A stretch of DNA of 64,000 nt, from assembly GCA_963666975.2 (NCBI GenBank), contig CAXVYR010000002.1, forward strand, positions 267,436 through 331,435, written 5' to 3'. Made by a program: the position numbers and the translations under genes. Source of the stretch: Terriglobia bacterium. GTDB taxonomy: Bacteria; Acidobacteriota; Terriglobia; 2-12-FULL-54-10. Positions 1 through 9,086 of this stretch are shown one piece after another (the first letter of the stretch is position 1; each line of letters opens with the position of its first letter). The notes under the pieces were generated by a model, which worked only from the letters and a program-made list of their open reading frames with translations, was not told where the DNA came from and did no database searches.

Positions 1-13
1 AAACTTTCGGGAT

Positions 14-141
14 GTCATACCAAGGGTCTGCCCTGAGTTTGCCGAAGGGGCCGATGCTTTTCGGCCCGAAGAATCTGCTCGTCCGAGTGGCTTCCACTCC
101 AAACGAAAGACAAGCAGATCCTTCGCGTTGCTCAGGATGAC
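14..141. repeat. Palindromic REP/MITE-like intergenic element (gtcat...atgac ends)
   Basis: The ends gtcat (14) and atgac (141) are inverted. The internal strings 'gcgttgctcaggat' and, as reverse complement, 'gcagattcttcgggccg' are shared with the core of the 15136..15346 element. No coding capacity. Confidence 0.4.
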
Positions 142-332
142 AGCAAAAGCGGCGCTTGCCTCTCCCGCTCCGGGTACGGTCTACGGAAACCATAAAACAG
201 GTATAGCTTCAGGCTTCAATGTGCAGTAAGGGGATGAAGAAGAAAATGAGGCGCTGACGGACCGATAGGCATGGGAAGTCGGCTATCGCGCAGCAGCCCG
301 TCAGCGCCTCCATAAAATGAAGCTTGCCCCGC

Positions 333-2177
333 TTATCGAAACTTCACATAGAATTCCTTGGAGTTGGTCTTTCCCCACGCAGGAGCGCGATGGACTACGC
401 GAACCAGGGAGGTTCCAACCGATTTCACCAGATTGGCGGGCACGGTGGCCCGCAGCTCGGTGGAACTCACCAACTCGGTCCGCAACTGGGTGTCCTCGAA
501 TTGGATGATGGAACTGGAGACGAACTCCTTGCCCCTGACGGTCAGCGTGAAATCATCGCTGCCCTCGACAATAACTTGAGGCGCGATCGAGGTGATGTGG
601 GTCGGCAACTCGCTGATCACCCAATCTCCGAAAGTGAGCGCGTATTCCCATCGTGTGGGAATCGGGTTGGTAAAATCGTAATGGTAGCCGGTCTGCATTT
701 CCTTGCCGTCTTTCATCACGGCCTCAAGCGAATTTTTGAAGGCGAGAATATCCCTCAGGGGATCTTGTCCGAGGATCAGAAGGTCGGCCAGCTTGCCTGC
801 CTCGAGCGTTCCCAAGTCCTCGTCTTGCTGGAGAAGCTCCGCCGCCCATAGGGTGGCTGCCTGGATGGCCTGCATGTTCGTCAGCCCGGCATCCACCAGG
901 ATTTGCATCTCCCGCCGGACGCCCATGCCGGGGAACATGGTGGCATGATAGGGCGAGGTCGTGTCCATCCCGGTGGAAATCTTGCCGCCAGCATCGACGA
1001 ACGTTTTGGTAAACCACAGGTAGTTTTGGTAGCCCTTTTTCATCAAAGCCAGCTCGTCGGGCGTGAACTGGTCCAGGAGCGTGTAATCCAGGATGTTCAT
1101 GCGAAAACGATCGGGGATGTAGTGCAGGTTGGGGTTGTTGAACAACTCCAGGTCCTCCGCCCGCCATTCCTCCATATGGTCGTTGACCTGCCGGAACATA
1201 TATCCAATGCAGGATTCAATGAAGACCTCTTCCCGAACCAAAAGGTCGATCAGGTCGCGGGCCAGGTCCCGGTCCATCAACCCGAACGACATAATCCGTC
1301 GCGGGTCCTCGATGGCGAGAGGATATTCGTTGAAATCGGGATTGGGACCCCATAGCTCTGTCTTGCTGTTCCAGGGGCGCCCGCTCTCCGGAAAAGCGAC
1401 CCGCAACCTGCCGGTATCAAAGATTCGCATATCGGGTATTTTTGCCAGGTCTGCGGGCTTGAGCATGTCCGGGACAGGCAACCCGGTGGCGTGCGCCAGG
1501 TTGTCGATGCCTGCCAAGGCTGCTTCCTTGGCGCTCATTCCGATGTGCCCGGAAACAAACAATCCCCGCTGGTGAGCACGGCGAGTGATGGCGGCCAGAA
1601 CCTGCGGAGTAACGCTTGTATATACCTTAATGATCTTGGAGCCTCTGTCCGCCAGCCCGTCCACCTGCCTCATGGCTTCTTCCGGGTCGTGGACCTGGTC
1701 GTTGGCGCCCATGTAGATGCCGCCGATGGTTCCCTGGCTGAGGAAAAACCGCGGGCCATAGATCTTGCCGCTGTTGATGCCCTCCATCTGCGCGTTCAGC
1801 CAGGGGCCGCCTCCGTAGCCCAGTACCGAGGTCACGCCGTTGGTGATGAGCAGTTCCGGAAACCAGTTGCGGTAATGCGTGTGGGTGTCCCAGAGCCCGG
1901 GGGTGATGTATTTTCCGCGGGCATTAATCACTCTTGCGCCAGCCGGAGGTGTTCCCCCCTGGGAAATCGACCGGATTCGGTTGCCGTCGATCACGATCAA
2001 GGAATTTGTGAGGGGAGCGCCGCCATTGCCGTCTATGAGGGTTCCTCCTTGGATAGCCGTCACATTTTGCTGGGCCATAACCGCAGGCCCTCCCTGCGCG
2101 GCAAAAACGCAAACAGCTAGAATCAGGCTCCATTGCAAAACCGCTCTGGACGGAGCAAGTAATCGGATGGCTTTCAT
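333..2177 (-). CDS. Secreted amidohydrolase-family metallohydrolase with C-terminal Ig-like (IPT/TIG-type) domain
   Basis: 614-aa ORF. SD GGAGGG lies upstream of the ATG. Signal peptide ...AVMAQQ. HxH motif 'GLWDTHTHY', with later 'SGHIGMS' and 'GMDTTSP'. About 90 extra C-terminal residues are beta-rich ('ITSIAPQVIVEGSDDFTLTVRGKEF...'). Confidence 0.8.
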   Translation of the reverse strand: MKAIRLLAPSRAVLQWSLILAVCVFAAQGGPAVMAQQNVTAIQGGTLIDGNGGAPLTNSLIVIDGNRIRSISQGGTPPAGARVINARGKYITPGLWDTHTHYRNWFPELLITNGVTSVLGYGGGPWLNAQMEGINSGKIYGPRFFLSQGTIGGIYMGANDQVHDPEEAMRQVDGLADRGSKIIKVYTSVTPQVLAAITRRAHQRGLFVSGHIGMSAKEAALAGIDNLAHATGLPVPDMLKPADLAKIPDMRIFDTGRLRVAFPESGRPWNSKTELWGPNPDFNEYPLAIEDPRRIMSFGLMDRDLARDLIDLLVREEVFIESCIGYMFRQVNDHMEEWRAEDLELFNNPNLHYIPDRFRMNILDYTLLDQFTPDELALMKKGYQNYLWFTKTFVDAGGKISTGMDTTSPYHATMFPGMGVRREMQILVDAGLTNMQAIQAATLWAAELLQQDEDLGTLEAGKLADLLILGQDPLRDILAFKNSLEAVMKDGKEMQTGYHYDFTNPIPTRWEYALTFGDWVISELPTHITSIAPQVIVEGSDDFTLTVRGKEFVSSSIIQFEDTQLRTELVSSTELRATVPANLVKSVGTSLVRVVHRAPAWGKTNSKEFYVKFR

Positions 2178-2235
2178 TAGTTTTCCCTCCCCATTTATCT
2201 GGCCCCTTTTATGGTTGCCCTTTCTATTTATCTCA

Positions 2236-4119
2236 CTACCAACCGGCGGGAATCTTCTCCGTCCAGGTCGTCGCGCCCACGGCCTCCATTCCGGCCTCGC
2301 CGGCCAGCGAGGAAGTCAGGTGGACCACCTTGCCGCCCACCGAGGTCATCAGCACTTGAATGTCTGGAATCTGATCCTCCGGGATGGTCAGGAAATCCTT
2401 GTCCAGCACGATGAAGTCTGCAAACTTGCCGGGCTCCAGCGTTCCCATGCGGTCCTCGCGCAGCACGTAGTACGCCCCCCAGCGTGTGAGCGCCTTCAAC
2501 TGAATGATCCGGTCCGTCCTTTGATCCGGCCCGTAGACGCGCTTGTCAAAGTCGTGGTACCGGTTGATTCCCTTCAGGACAAAGAAAAAGATTTTTTGCG
2601 GCAGAGGACGGTCGATCTCGAAGCTGGTCCGGACGCCCGCATCGGTCAAAGCCTTGCGCGGCACCACCCAACTGGTGTACTCCACACCGTACTGTTTGGC
2701 GATGAGCGAGGCCCCGCGGTGGGGCTCCCACAGATTGGTGTTGATCTCGCTCGCCATCATCCCCAGCCGCTTCATGCGGGGAATCTGGTCCGGCCGCGGC
2801 GCGCCTTCGCCGTGGTCAAAGGCGTGGCGTTTGGCGCGGATTTGCTCCAGGGTAAAGCCCGCTCTGCGGCTCGCTTCTTCAATGGCGTCCATGTAATAGT
2901 CAATGTCCTTGTCTCCGCCCGTATGCATGGTGGCGACTCGCATGCCGTTTTCGATGATCCGCTCCAGGGTCTCTCTTCCTGGCGAGCCGGGAGCGAAATT
3001 GCAGCGGGCGGGGCCTCCATAGGTGTATTGCTTCTGGAGTTGTTCCCACTCCGCCCGCACGGGAATGCTCATGCAACGGCTTCCGACCGCCCCCCACGCT
3101 CCCACCAGCCAGAGATGGTCGGTGCCGTGTCCCACCATGCCGGACAGGTACCGCAAGATATCGGTGCTCCAGTCGGGCCCCGTGTAGCCCCATGCGAAAC
3201 GAGCAGGCATCTCTCCCCTCTTGTCCAGGTAATCCAGGGCCTGAAAGTTGTGATAGGCGTAAGGGGACGACCCGAAGGTCGTGATCCCGTAGCGCGCCCA
3301 CAACTCCATTTCAGCCTTGAGAATCGCTGCCAGCAGCGGTGTCTTCCCCTTGAACATCGCATCCGGTTCCATCGGCCGGCTGAAGCCGCCGCCCGCTTGC
3401 AAAAATTGTTCGGCACTCTGTTCACCTGCGTTGCCCGTCATCACGGAAAGCGTGGGATGGACCGAGCGCAGCTCGTCAATGGCTTTCTGGTTTACCACGG
3501 AGGTGATAAACCCGTTTTTCACCTTCACCGGGTTGTCGGGAGCCAACTGATCGAGATATTCCTTTCTGATGCTGTCGCGAAACAGCGCTCCCATCTCTAG
3601 CGCCCACTCATATTCGAGCCCCCAGTTGAAGCTGATCAGAATCCATTGTCCCGGCTTCGCCTTGGCCACCGCCTCCTGCATCACGGTCTCAAAACGCGCC
3701 AGCTGTTCTTTCGGCGGAATGCTCGGCAGCCAGCGGTGGATCACCATGTCGTCGTTCGGCAGGACGTGCGTGATGGCCCGGGGCTCCTGAAACATCCAGT
3801 CGGTGGGATGTTCGTGCGTCAGGATCAGGCTTGGAAGAACGGTTCTCCCCTTGAGGTCAATGGATCGGGTCTCGGGTCCGGCCAGAGGCCGGATAGCGTC
3901 GTTGCTTCCCGTGGCCAGAATTTTCCCGTCCCGAACCGCCATCGCCTGGGTGATGGTCCCTACGCGGGACTCGAAGGAGTCATCATCCATCGACACAATT
4001 TTTCCGTTGTGGAGGATCATCTGGGGATAACCCAGCTTGGAGGCAATGTCCGCCTGCTGGGCCCACCCCGCCTGCAACCCGAGAACAAGCGTCAAAACTG
4101 CGGTTAAAGCCTTTTTCAT
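2236..4119 (-). CDS. Secreted Amidohydro_3 (YtcJ/NfdA-like) metal-dependent hydrolase; same family as the 39-53 kb array
   Basis: Start taken at the internal MKKALTAV (ATG 4119, SD AAGGGG), not the ORF-track 4212. Signal peptide ...GWAQQ. Motifs 'LTHEHPTDW', 'MHTGGDKDIDY', 'KRHAFDHGEG', 'GSLEPGKFADFIVLDKDFLTIP'. Confidence 0.85.
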   Translation of the reverse strand: MKKALTAVLTLVLGLQAGWAQQADIASKLGYPQMILHNGKIVSMDDDSFESRVGTITQAMAVRDGKILATGSNDAIRPLAGPETRSIDLKGRTVLPSLILTHEHPTDWMFQEPRAITHVLPNDDMVIHRWLPSIPPKEQLARFETVMQEAVAKAKPGQWILISFNWGLEYEWALEMGALFRDSIRKEYLDQLAPDNPVKVKNGFITSVVNQKAIDELRSVHPTLSVMTGNAGEQSAEQFLQAGGGFSRPMEPDAMFKGKTPLLAAILKAEMELWARYGITTFGSSPYAYHNFQALDYLDKRGEMPARFAWGYTGPDWSTDILRYLSGMVGHGTDHLWLVGAWGAVGSRCMSIPVRAEWEQLQKQYTYGGPARCNFAPGSPGRETLERIIENGMRVATMHTGGDKDIDYYMDAIEEASRRAGFTLEQIRAKRHAFDHGEGAPRPDQIPRMKRLGMMASEINTNLWEPHRGASLIAKQYGVEYTSWVVPRKALTDAGVRTSFEIDRPLPQKIFFFVLKGINRYHDFDKRVYGPDQRTDRIIQLKALTRWGAYYVLREDRMGTLEPGKFADFIVLDKDFLTIPEDQIPDIQVLMTSVGGKVVHLTSSLAGEAGMEAVGATTWTEKIPAGW

Positions 4120-4708
4120 AAAACGTAACCCCTTAATGTTGAAATTGACGGGCCGGCCAAGTTTTGAAAAAGCCATTACCCAATCCCCAGAAATCCTTCC
4201 AGGGTAGCGCATGTCTTTGTCTGATGCCGATGAGCTATCCGCAGAGACTAAGTCCTATGCTTCCTCTTTGTCAAGCTCTCTCTACTCATGCTGAAAAGCC
4301 TTTGCGCGGACTCCAAATTTAAGCACTATTTAAGCGATGCCGCTTCCTGGAATGCCCTGGCCGTTGCCTGTTTTCTGCTTCTGCCCTCCGGGGTGCAAGC
4401 GGGATTCGGCAGGCTGGAGCAGGCCGCAAAAAAACCCAGAGTAGTGAAACCCTTCAGGAAGAGGTATGATATTGTCCTCTTTCCAATTAGACGCAAAAAG
4501 GGGAGAAGTCATGTCACCGAGAATAGCGCCGGGCACGGTGGAGGTAGCCCGCTCGCAGCTTCTGCAGAGAGACGAAGCGGACGAGGCTGTGCGGATCACT
4601 GCGCGGAAAATTAGGGATTGAGTAATCTCCCTGTGCTGGGCAATAATAAGCGGCATCCCCAATTCCATCGAAGCGCTGCGCCGAAGCAAAAAATGGAAGG
4701 GTGGAACC

Positions 4709-5305
4709 GTGACAGAGACAAAGATGACCGAAGATGCGCGAATATATGTTGTGAGAACTATCGGACTTGCCGGCCTGCTGCTTTGCCTCAGTGGATTCCT
4801 CCGCGCACAGTCTGATCCTAATGCCTTGCCGGAAGGCGATGGCAAAGAGTTGGTGGCGGTGGCCTGCACGCAATGCCATAGCCTGAGCCCCATCCGCATG
4901 CTGCGGGACGGCCGCGAAGGCTGGAAAGAGATGGTCCATGAGATGGTCCTCCGTGGAGCGCAGCTCGGACCGGAAGAAGCCGATACCGTCATTCGTTATC
5001 TCGCGCGGAACTTCGGCCCCGGTTTGAGCCCGATGCAGACCGGAACCCTGCCTCCGGAGACGGCGCTGGGCAGCGGGAGCGGAGCGGAGTCAGGGGACAC
5101 GGTGTCGCTGCCTCCCGGCGAGGGCAAGGACATGGTCGAGGCGCGCTGCCAGCTTTGCCATGATCTCGGAAGGGTCGTCACGGCCCGAAGAAGCAGGGCG
5201 GAGTGGGAGCAGATCACGAAGAACATGGTGGGGCGGGGGCCGACGGCCACGCCGGAACAGATACAGACGATGGTCTCTTATCTGAGCGCGCAGTTTGGCA
5301 AATAG
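4709..5305 (+). CDS. Secreted di-haem c-type cytochrome (two repeated ~60-aa CxxCH modules)
   Basis: Signal peptide ...LRAQS. Two haem motifs, 'CTQCHS' and 'CQLCHD', each sit within a similar module. The start is either GTG 4709 or ATG 4724. Confidence 0.75.
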   Translation: MTETKMTEDARIYVVRTIGLAGLLLCLSGFLRAQSDPNALPEGDGKELVAVACTQCHSLSPIRMLRDGREGWKEMVHEMVLRGAQLGPEEADTVIRYLARNFGPGLSPMQTGTLPPETALGSGSGAESGDTVSLPPGEGKDMVEARCQLCHDLGRVVTARRSRAEWEQITKNMVGRGPTATPEQIQTMVSYLSAQFGK

Positions 5306-5535
5306 GCGGGCCTAAATCGCGGGGTTTCCGGAAAGGGATTGGCCTGAGGCTCAAACCTCGGGAATGAGGACCTGAATGCATAGTTCCCAATCGGTTGAAT
5401 TCGGCATTGCACGGGGCAACCTTTGGGCCAAAAAGTGAATCAGAAGACAATCGAGCGGGGAATACATTCTTCCGCCTTCCGCAGCACGTTCCTGAATCCA
5501 GTATGAGTCCTATGTCGGAAGTAAATGGCAAATAT

Positions 5536-6297
5536 ATGATTGAGGCCCAAGGCCTCAGCAAGTTTTACGGCAGCTTCGCGGCGATCCGCGATGTATCGTT
5601 CGCAGTGCCCCGCGCCCAGGTAGCGGCTTTCCTCGGACCCAACGGGGCCGGCAAATCCACCACCTTAAAGATTCTCACCGGTTTCCTGACGCCCAGCGAC
5701 GGCACGGCCCGCATCGCCGGTTTGGACGTGGCTGCCCACCGCATTGAAGCTGCCTCGCGGGTCGGATACTTGCCGGAAAACGGACCGCTCTATCCTGAGA
5801 TGACGCCGCTCGAGCTGCTGGAATTCTTCGGCGAGGCTCGCGGGCTGCCCAGCGGCCGGTTGAAGAGCCGCATCGAGGCCGTTGTCCAGCAGTGCCAGTT
5901 GCAGGCGGTGATTGAGAAGAGCATCTTCAAATTGTCGAGAGGATACCGCCAGCGAGTCGGAATGGCGCAGGCCTTGCTGCATGAACCCGACATTCTCATC
6001 ATGGACGAGCCGACCAGCGGCCTCGATCCCAACCAGATTCGCGAAGTCAGGGAACTGATCCGCCGTCTCGCGGCCAGCAAAACGATCCTTATTTCCACGC
6101 ATATTCTGCGAGAGGTTGAAGCCGTGGCCAGCCACGTGATTCTGGTCGATGAAGGACGCGTGGTTTTTGACGGAACACCGGCTGAGATGGCTGCGGGGCA
6201 GAGTCTCGATGAAGCCTTCTACCGGCTGACCGGCAAGGTTTCCGGTTCCGCGCCCAGCCGTACCCCGGCCCAGGCTGCCCCGGAGGTTCAAAGATGA
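5536..6297 (+). CDS. ABC transporter ATP-binding protein (ABC-2 / GldA-like)
   Basis: Walker A 'GPNGAGKST', signature 'LSRGYRQRV', Walker B 'ILIMDEPTSGLD', H-loop 'ISTHIL'. The start is uncertain (ATG 5536 'MIEAQGL' or ATG 5503). The ORF-track start at 5395 is unlikely. Confidence 0.9.
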   Translation: MIEAQGLSKFYGSFAAIRDVSFAVPRAQVAAFLGPNGAGKSTTLKILTGFLTPSDGTARIAGLDVAAHRIEAASRVGYLPENGPLYPEMTPLELLEFFGEARGLPSGRLKSRIEAVVQQCQLQAVIEKSIFKLSRGYRQRVGMAQALLHEPDILIMDEPTSGLDPNQIREVRELIRRLAASKTILISTHILREVEAVASHVILVDEGRVVFDGTPAEMAAGQSLDEAFYRLTGKVSGSAPSRTPAQAAPEVQR

Positions 6298-9032
6298 ACG
6301 ACCGCTGGCGAATTCCCAAAGCGATCGTGAAACGCGAGCTGACCAGCTACTTCAGCAGTCCCACAGGCTACGTTTTCATTACGCTGTTCGTCTTTCTGAG
6401 CGCGGTAGCCGCCTTTTGGCAGGAGGCGTTTTTCAATAATAATCTGGCCAACCTCGGTTCCCTGAACAGCGTTTTTCCCTACCTGCTTCTTTTTCTGATC
6501 CCGGCCATCACAATGAACTTGTGGGCCGAAGAGAAACGCAACGGGACCGATGAGTTGTTGCTGACCCTTCCGGCTACCGACCTGGAGATTGTCGCCGGCA
6601 AGTACATGGCGGCCCTGGCGATCTATTCGGTGGCCCTGGTGTTCTCGCTGAGTCATCTGATCGTGCTCTGGTGGCTGGGAAGCCCCGACGTAGGCCTGAT
6701 GTTCTCCACCTATTTCGGGTATTGGCTGATGGGCGCGGCGCTGATGGCCGTGGGCATGCTGGCCTCTCTTCTAACGGCCAATCTCACCGTTGCCTTTATT
6801 CTGGGATCGGTATTCTGCGCAGTGCCGGTATTTATCATTCATGCCGGCGCCATCTTGAGCGGAGGGCCGCGGCGGCTGGTCGAGGGGCTGTCGTTTACCG
6901 AACAGTTCCGCGATCTCTCCAACGGAGTGATTTCGTTGTCCTCGGTGATCTACTTTGTTACCTTCGCTCTGGCGATGCTGTATCTCAATGTTGCCCTGCT
7001 GGGGCGGCGTCACTGGCCGAGCCGCAAAGGCTCCGAGCCGCTCGGGCGCCATACCCTGGTTCGGGGCGCGGCGTTGCTTGTGATCGTCGCCAGCATCACC
7101 ATTCTGGCGGTGCGGCTGGGTGGACGCATCGACTCCACCGCCGAGCGGCTCCATTCGCTCTCCGTGGAAACCGAGAAGCTCATCGACGGGCTCAATTCCG
7201 ATCTCCCGGTATTTATTCAAGCCTATCTGAGTCCGGTTGTGCCCCGCCGCTATTTGCAAACCCGGAACAACATTATCAGCGTGCTGCGGGAGCTGGATGC
7301 CATGGGAGGCAACCGCATCCACGTCCAAATCCTTGAGACAGAAAAATACAGCCCCGCAGCGCGCGAAGCGCAAGACCTTTACGGCATCCGGCCGCGGCCC
7401 ATTGCAGTGTGGGAGCAAACCGCCGGAAGCGACGCCGAGATTTACATGGGAATCGCATTTCGTTCCGGAGGCGAGGAGTTCGTGATTCCGTTTTTCGATC
7501 CGGGCCTGGCCGCCGAGTACGAACTGATGCGTTCCATCCGGTTGGTTGCTCACGCCGAGCGCAAGAAGGTGGGGATTCTGAAAACCAAAGCCGAGATCTT
7601 CGGCGGTTTTGACTTCCAGACCCGTGTGCCGACGCCCGACTGGTCCATAGTCGAGGAGTTGCGCAAGCAATACGAAGTGGTGCAGGCTCGTGCCGGGGCG
7701 GACTACCCAGAGGACATCGACGTACTGATTGCGGTCCTGCCGCATACGCTGGAGGTGCCAGAGTTGGATCGGTTAACCAGTTACGTTCGCGAGGGACATC
7801 CCTTGCTGCTGCTGGTCGATCCGTTGCCGGCCTTCAATATGGAGCTTTCGCCGCAGCCGGCTCCGTCCAGCCCCTTTCCTTTTAACCGGCCCCCTCCCCC
7901 CCAGCCGACCGACATCACGCCTTTGATGGACGCGCTGGGAGTTGCGTGGTCCAAGGAGGAGGTTGCCTGGGATCAATACAATCCACATCCGCAGTTCGGC
8001 GCCATGCCGGAAGAGGTGATTTTTGTCGCGGCGGGCAACGAAGCGGCTGAGGGGGCCTTCAACAGCGACGAGCCGGTTTCTGCGGGCTTGCAGGAGATGG
8101 TGCTGCTCTATCCGGGCCGTTTGCAGCCTGCTGCAGAAGCGGCTGAGGACCAGGCGACTGCGGGTGAAACGCCAGAGGTTGAAACGACAGAAGAAGGTGC
8201 GGGTGAGGGCGAAGCAACGGATGAACCGGCGGAAAAGGAGACGTTTGAGTTTGTCTCTTTGCTTGAAACGGGCAGAGACTCCGGCGTTGTCCCCTGGCAG
8301 TACGTGGTGCAGCCTTCGCTGTTTGGGATGCAGATCAATCCGAACCCTCCGCATGAGGCGGATGCGGAAGCCCACATCCTGGCTGCGCGGGTGACCGGCT
8401 CCGCAGCGGAGAACCCGGTCCGCGCCATTGTCATCGCCGATGTCGATATGATGAGCGAGCAGTTTTTTGAGCTGCGCCGTCAGGGTATTGCGAACCTGAA
8501 CTTTGATAACGTCACATTCTTGCTGAACGCAGTGGACCAACTGGCCGGGGACGAGTCCTTTATCGCTCTGCGCAAGCGCCGGCCGCGGCACAGGACGCTC
8601 GAGGCCGTCGAGGCCCGCACGCGGGTGTACGAGCAGCGCCGTCTGGAGGAGACCCAGCAGGCCGAGGCAAACGCGGAGGAACGACTGCTGGAAGCGCAAA
8701 TCCGGCTGGAGGGCGCCGTGGAAGCGTTGCGCCAGCGCAGCGACCTGGACCGGCAGACCAAACAGATCATGGTCGCCAATCTGGAGCAGGTAGAGAACCG
8801 CCGCCTGGCCGTCGCCCGCGGCAACATCGCGGACCGGAGGCAGCAGCAGATTGAGCGCAGCCGGGCCGACATGGAAACCTCCATTCGCGGTATTCGGAGT
8901 ACGATCCAATTGCTGGCCGTTGTGCTGCCGCCCATTCCGGCCTTGGTGCTTTTTGTGTTTGTTTCCCTCCGGCGGCTCCGGCGGGAAAAGATCGGCATTT
9001 CACCTGACCGTTTGGTCCAGGACCGGAGATAG
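6294..9032 (+). CDS. Fusion protein: ABC-2 permease (GldF-like, N-terminal ~240 aa) + GldG-like ABC auxiliary domain with C-terminal TM anchor
   Basis: ATGA overlap with the upstream ATPase gene. The N-terminus has multiple hydrophobic helices. A large soluble domain follows, then a coiled-coil-like stretch and the TM helix 'LLAVVLPPIPALVLFVFVSL'. Acidic low-complexity insert 'EDQATAGETPEVETTEEGAGEGEATDEPAEKE'. Confidence 0.75.
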   Translation: MNDRWRIPKAIVKRELTSYFSSPTGYVFITLFVFLSAVAAFWQEAFFNNNLANLGSLNSVFPYLLLFLIPAITMNLWAEEKRNGTDELLLTLPATDLEIVAGKYMAALAIYSVALVFSLSHLIVLWWLGSPDVGLMFSTYFGYWLMGAALMAVGMLASLLTANLTVAFILGSVFCAVPVFIIHAGAILSGGPRRLVEGLSFTEQFRDLSNGVISLSSVIYFVTFALAMLYLNVALLGRRHWPSRKGSEPLGRHTLVRGAALLVIVASITILAVRLGGRIDSTAERLHSLSVETEKLIDGLNSDLPVFIQAYLSPVVPRRYLQTRNNIISVLRELDAMGGNRIHVQILETEKYSPAAREAQDLYGIRPRPIAVWEQTAGSDAEIYMGIAFRSGGEEFVIPFFDPGLAAEYELMRSIRLVAHAERKKVGILKTKAEIFGGFDFQTRVPTPDWSIVEELRKQYEVVQARAGADYPEDIDVLIAVLPHTLEVPELDRLTSYVREGHPLLLLVDPLPAFNMELSPQPAPSSPFPFNRPPPPQPTDITPLMDALGVAWSKEEVAWDQYNPHPQFGAMPEEVIFVAAGNEAAEGAFNSDEPVSAGLQEMVLLYPGRLQPAAEAAEDQATAGETPEVETTEEGAGEGEATDEPAEKETFEFVSLLETGRDSGVVPWQYVVQPSLFGMQINPNPPHEADAEAHILAARVTGSAAENPVRAIVIADVDMMSEQFFELRRQGIANLNFDNVTFLLNAVDQLAGDESFIALRKRRPRHRTLEAVEARTRVYEQRRLEETQQAEANAEERLLEAQIRLEGAVEALRQRSDLDRQTKQIMVANLEQVENRRLAVARGNIADRRQQQIERSRADMETSIRGIRSTIQLLAVVLPPIPALVLFVFVSLRRLRREKIGISPDRLVQDRR

Positions 9033-9086
9033 CCTTGCCAGCCTTGATCTTGTAGGCAAGGGAACGTCTGCGGAGAGAGCATACCG

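Noticed and set aside
4120-4708. The long (~590 bp) divergent intergenic region with ORFs 4288..4614 (+) and 4330..4992 (-), considered for a small gene or riboswitch.
   Set aside because: The translations are compositionally implausible and lack RBS. I could not recognise any riboswitch core (for example a B12 box) or any stable conserved structure by eye.
5395-5535. ORF-track N-terminal extension of the ABC ATPase. The same question applies to the extensions of 2236..4212, 10747..12639, 45389..47359, 51670..53610, 53668..56892 and 59534..61477.
   Set aside because: In each case an internal ATG preceded by a good Shine-Dalgarno begins the signal peptide or the conserved N-terminus. The upstream codons have no homology-like features.
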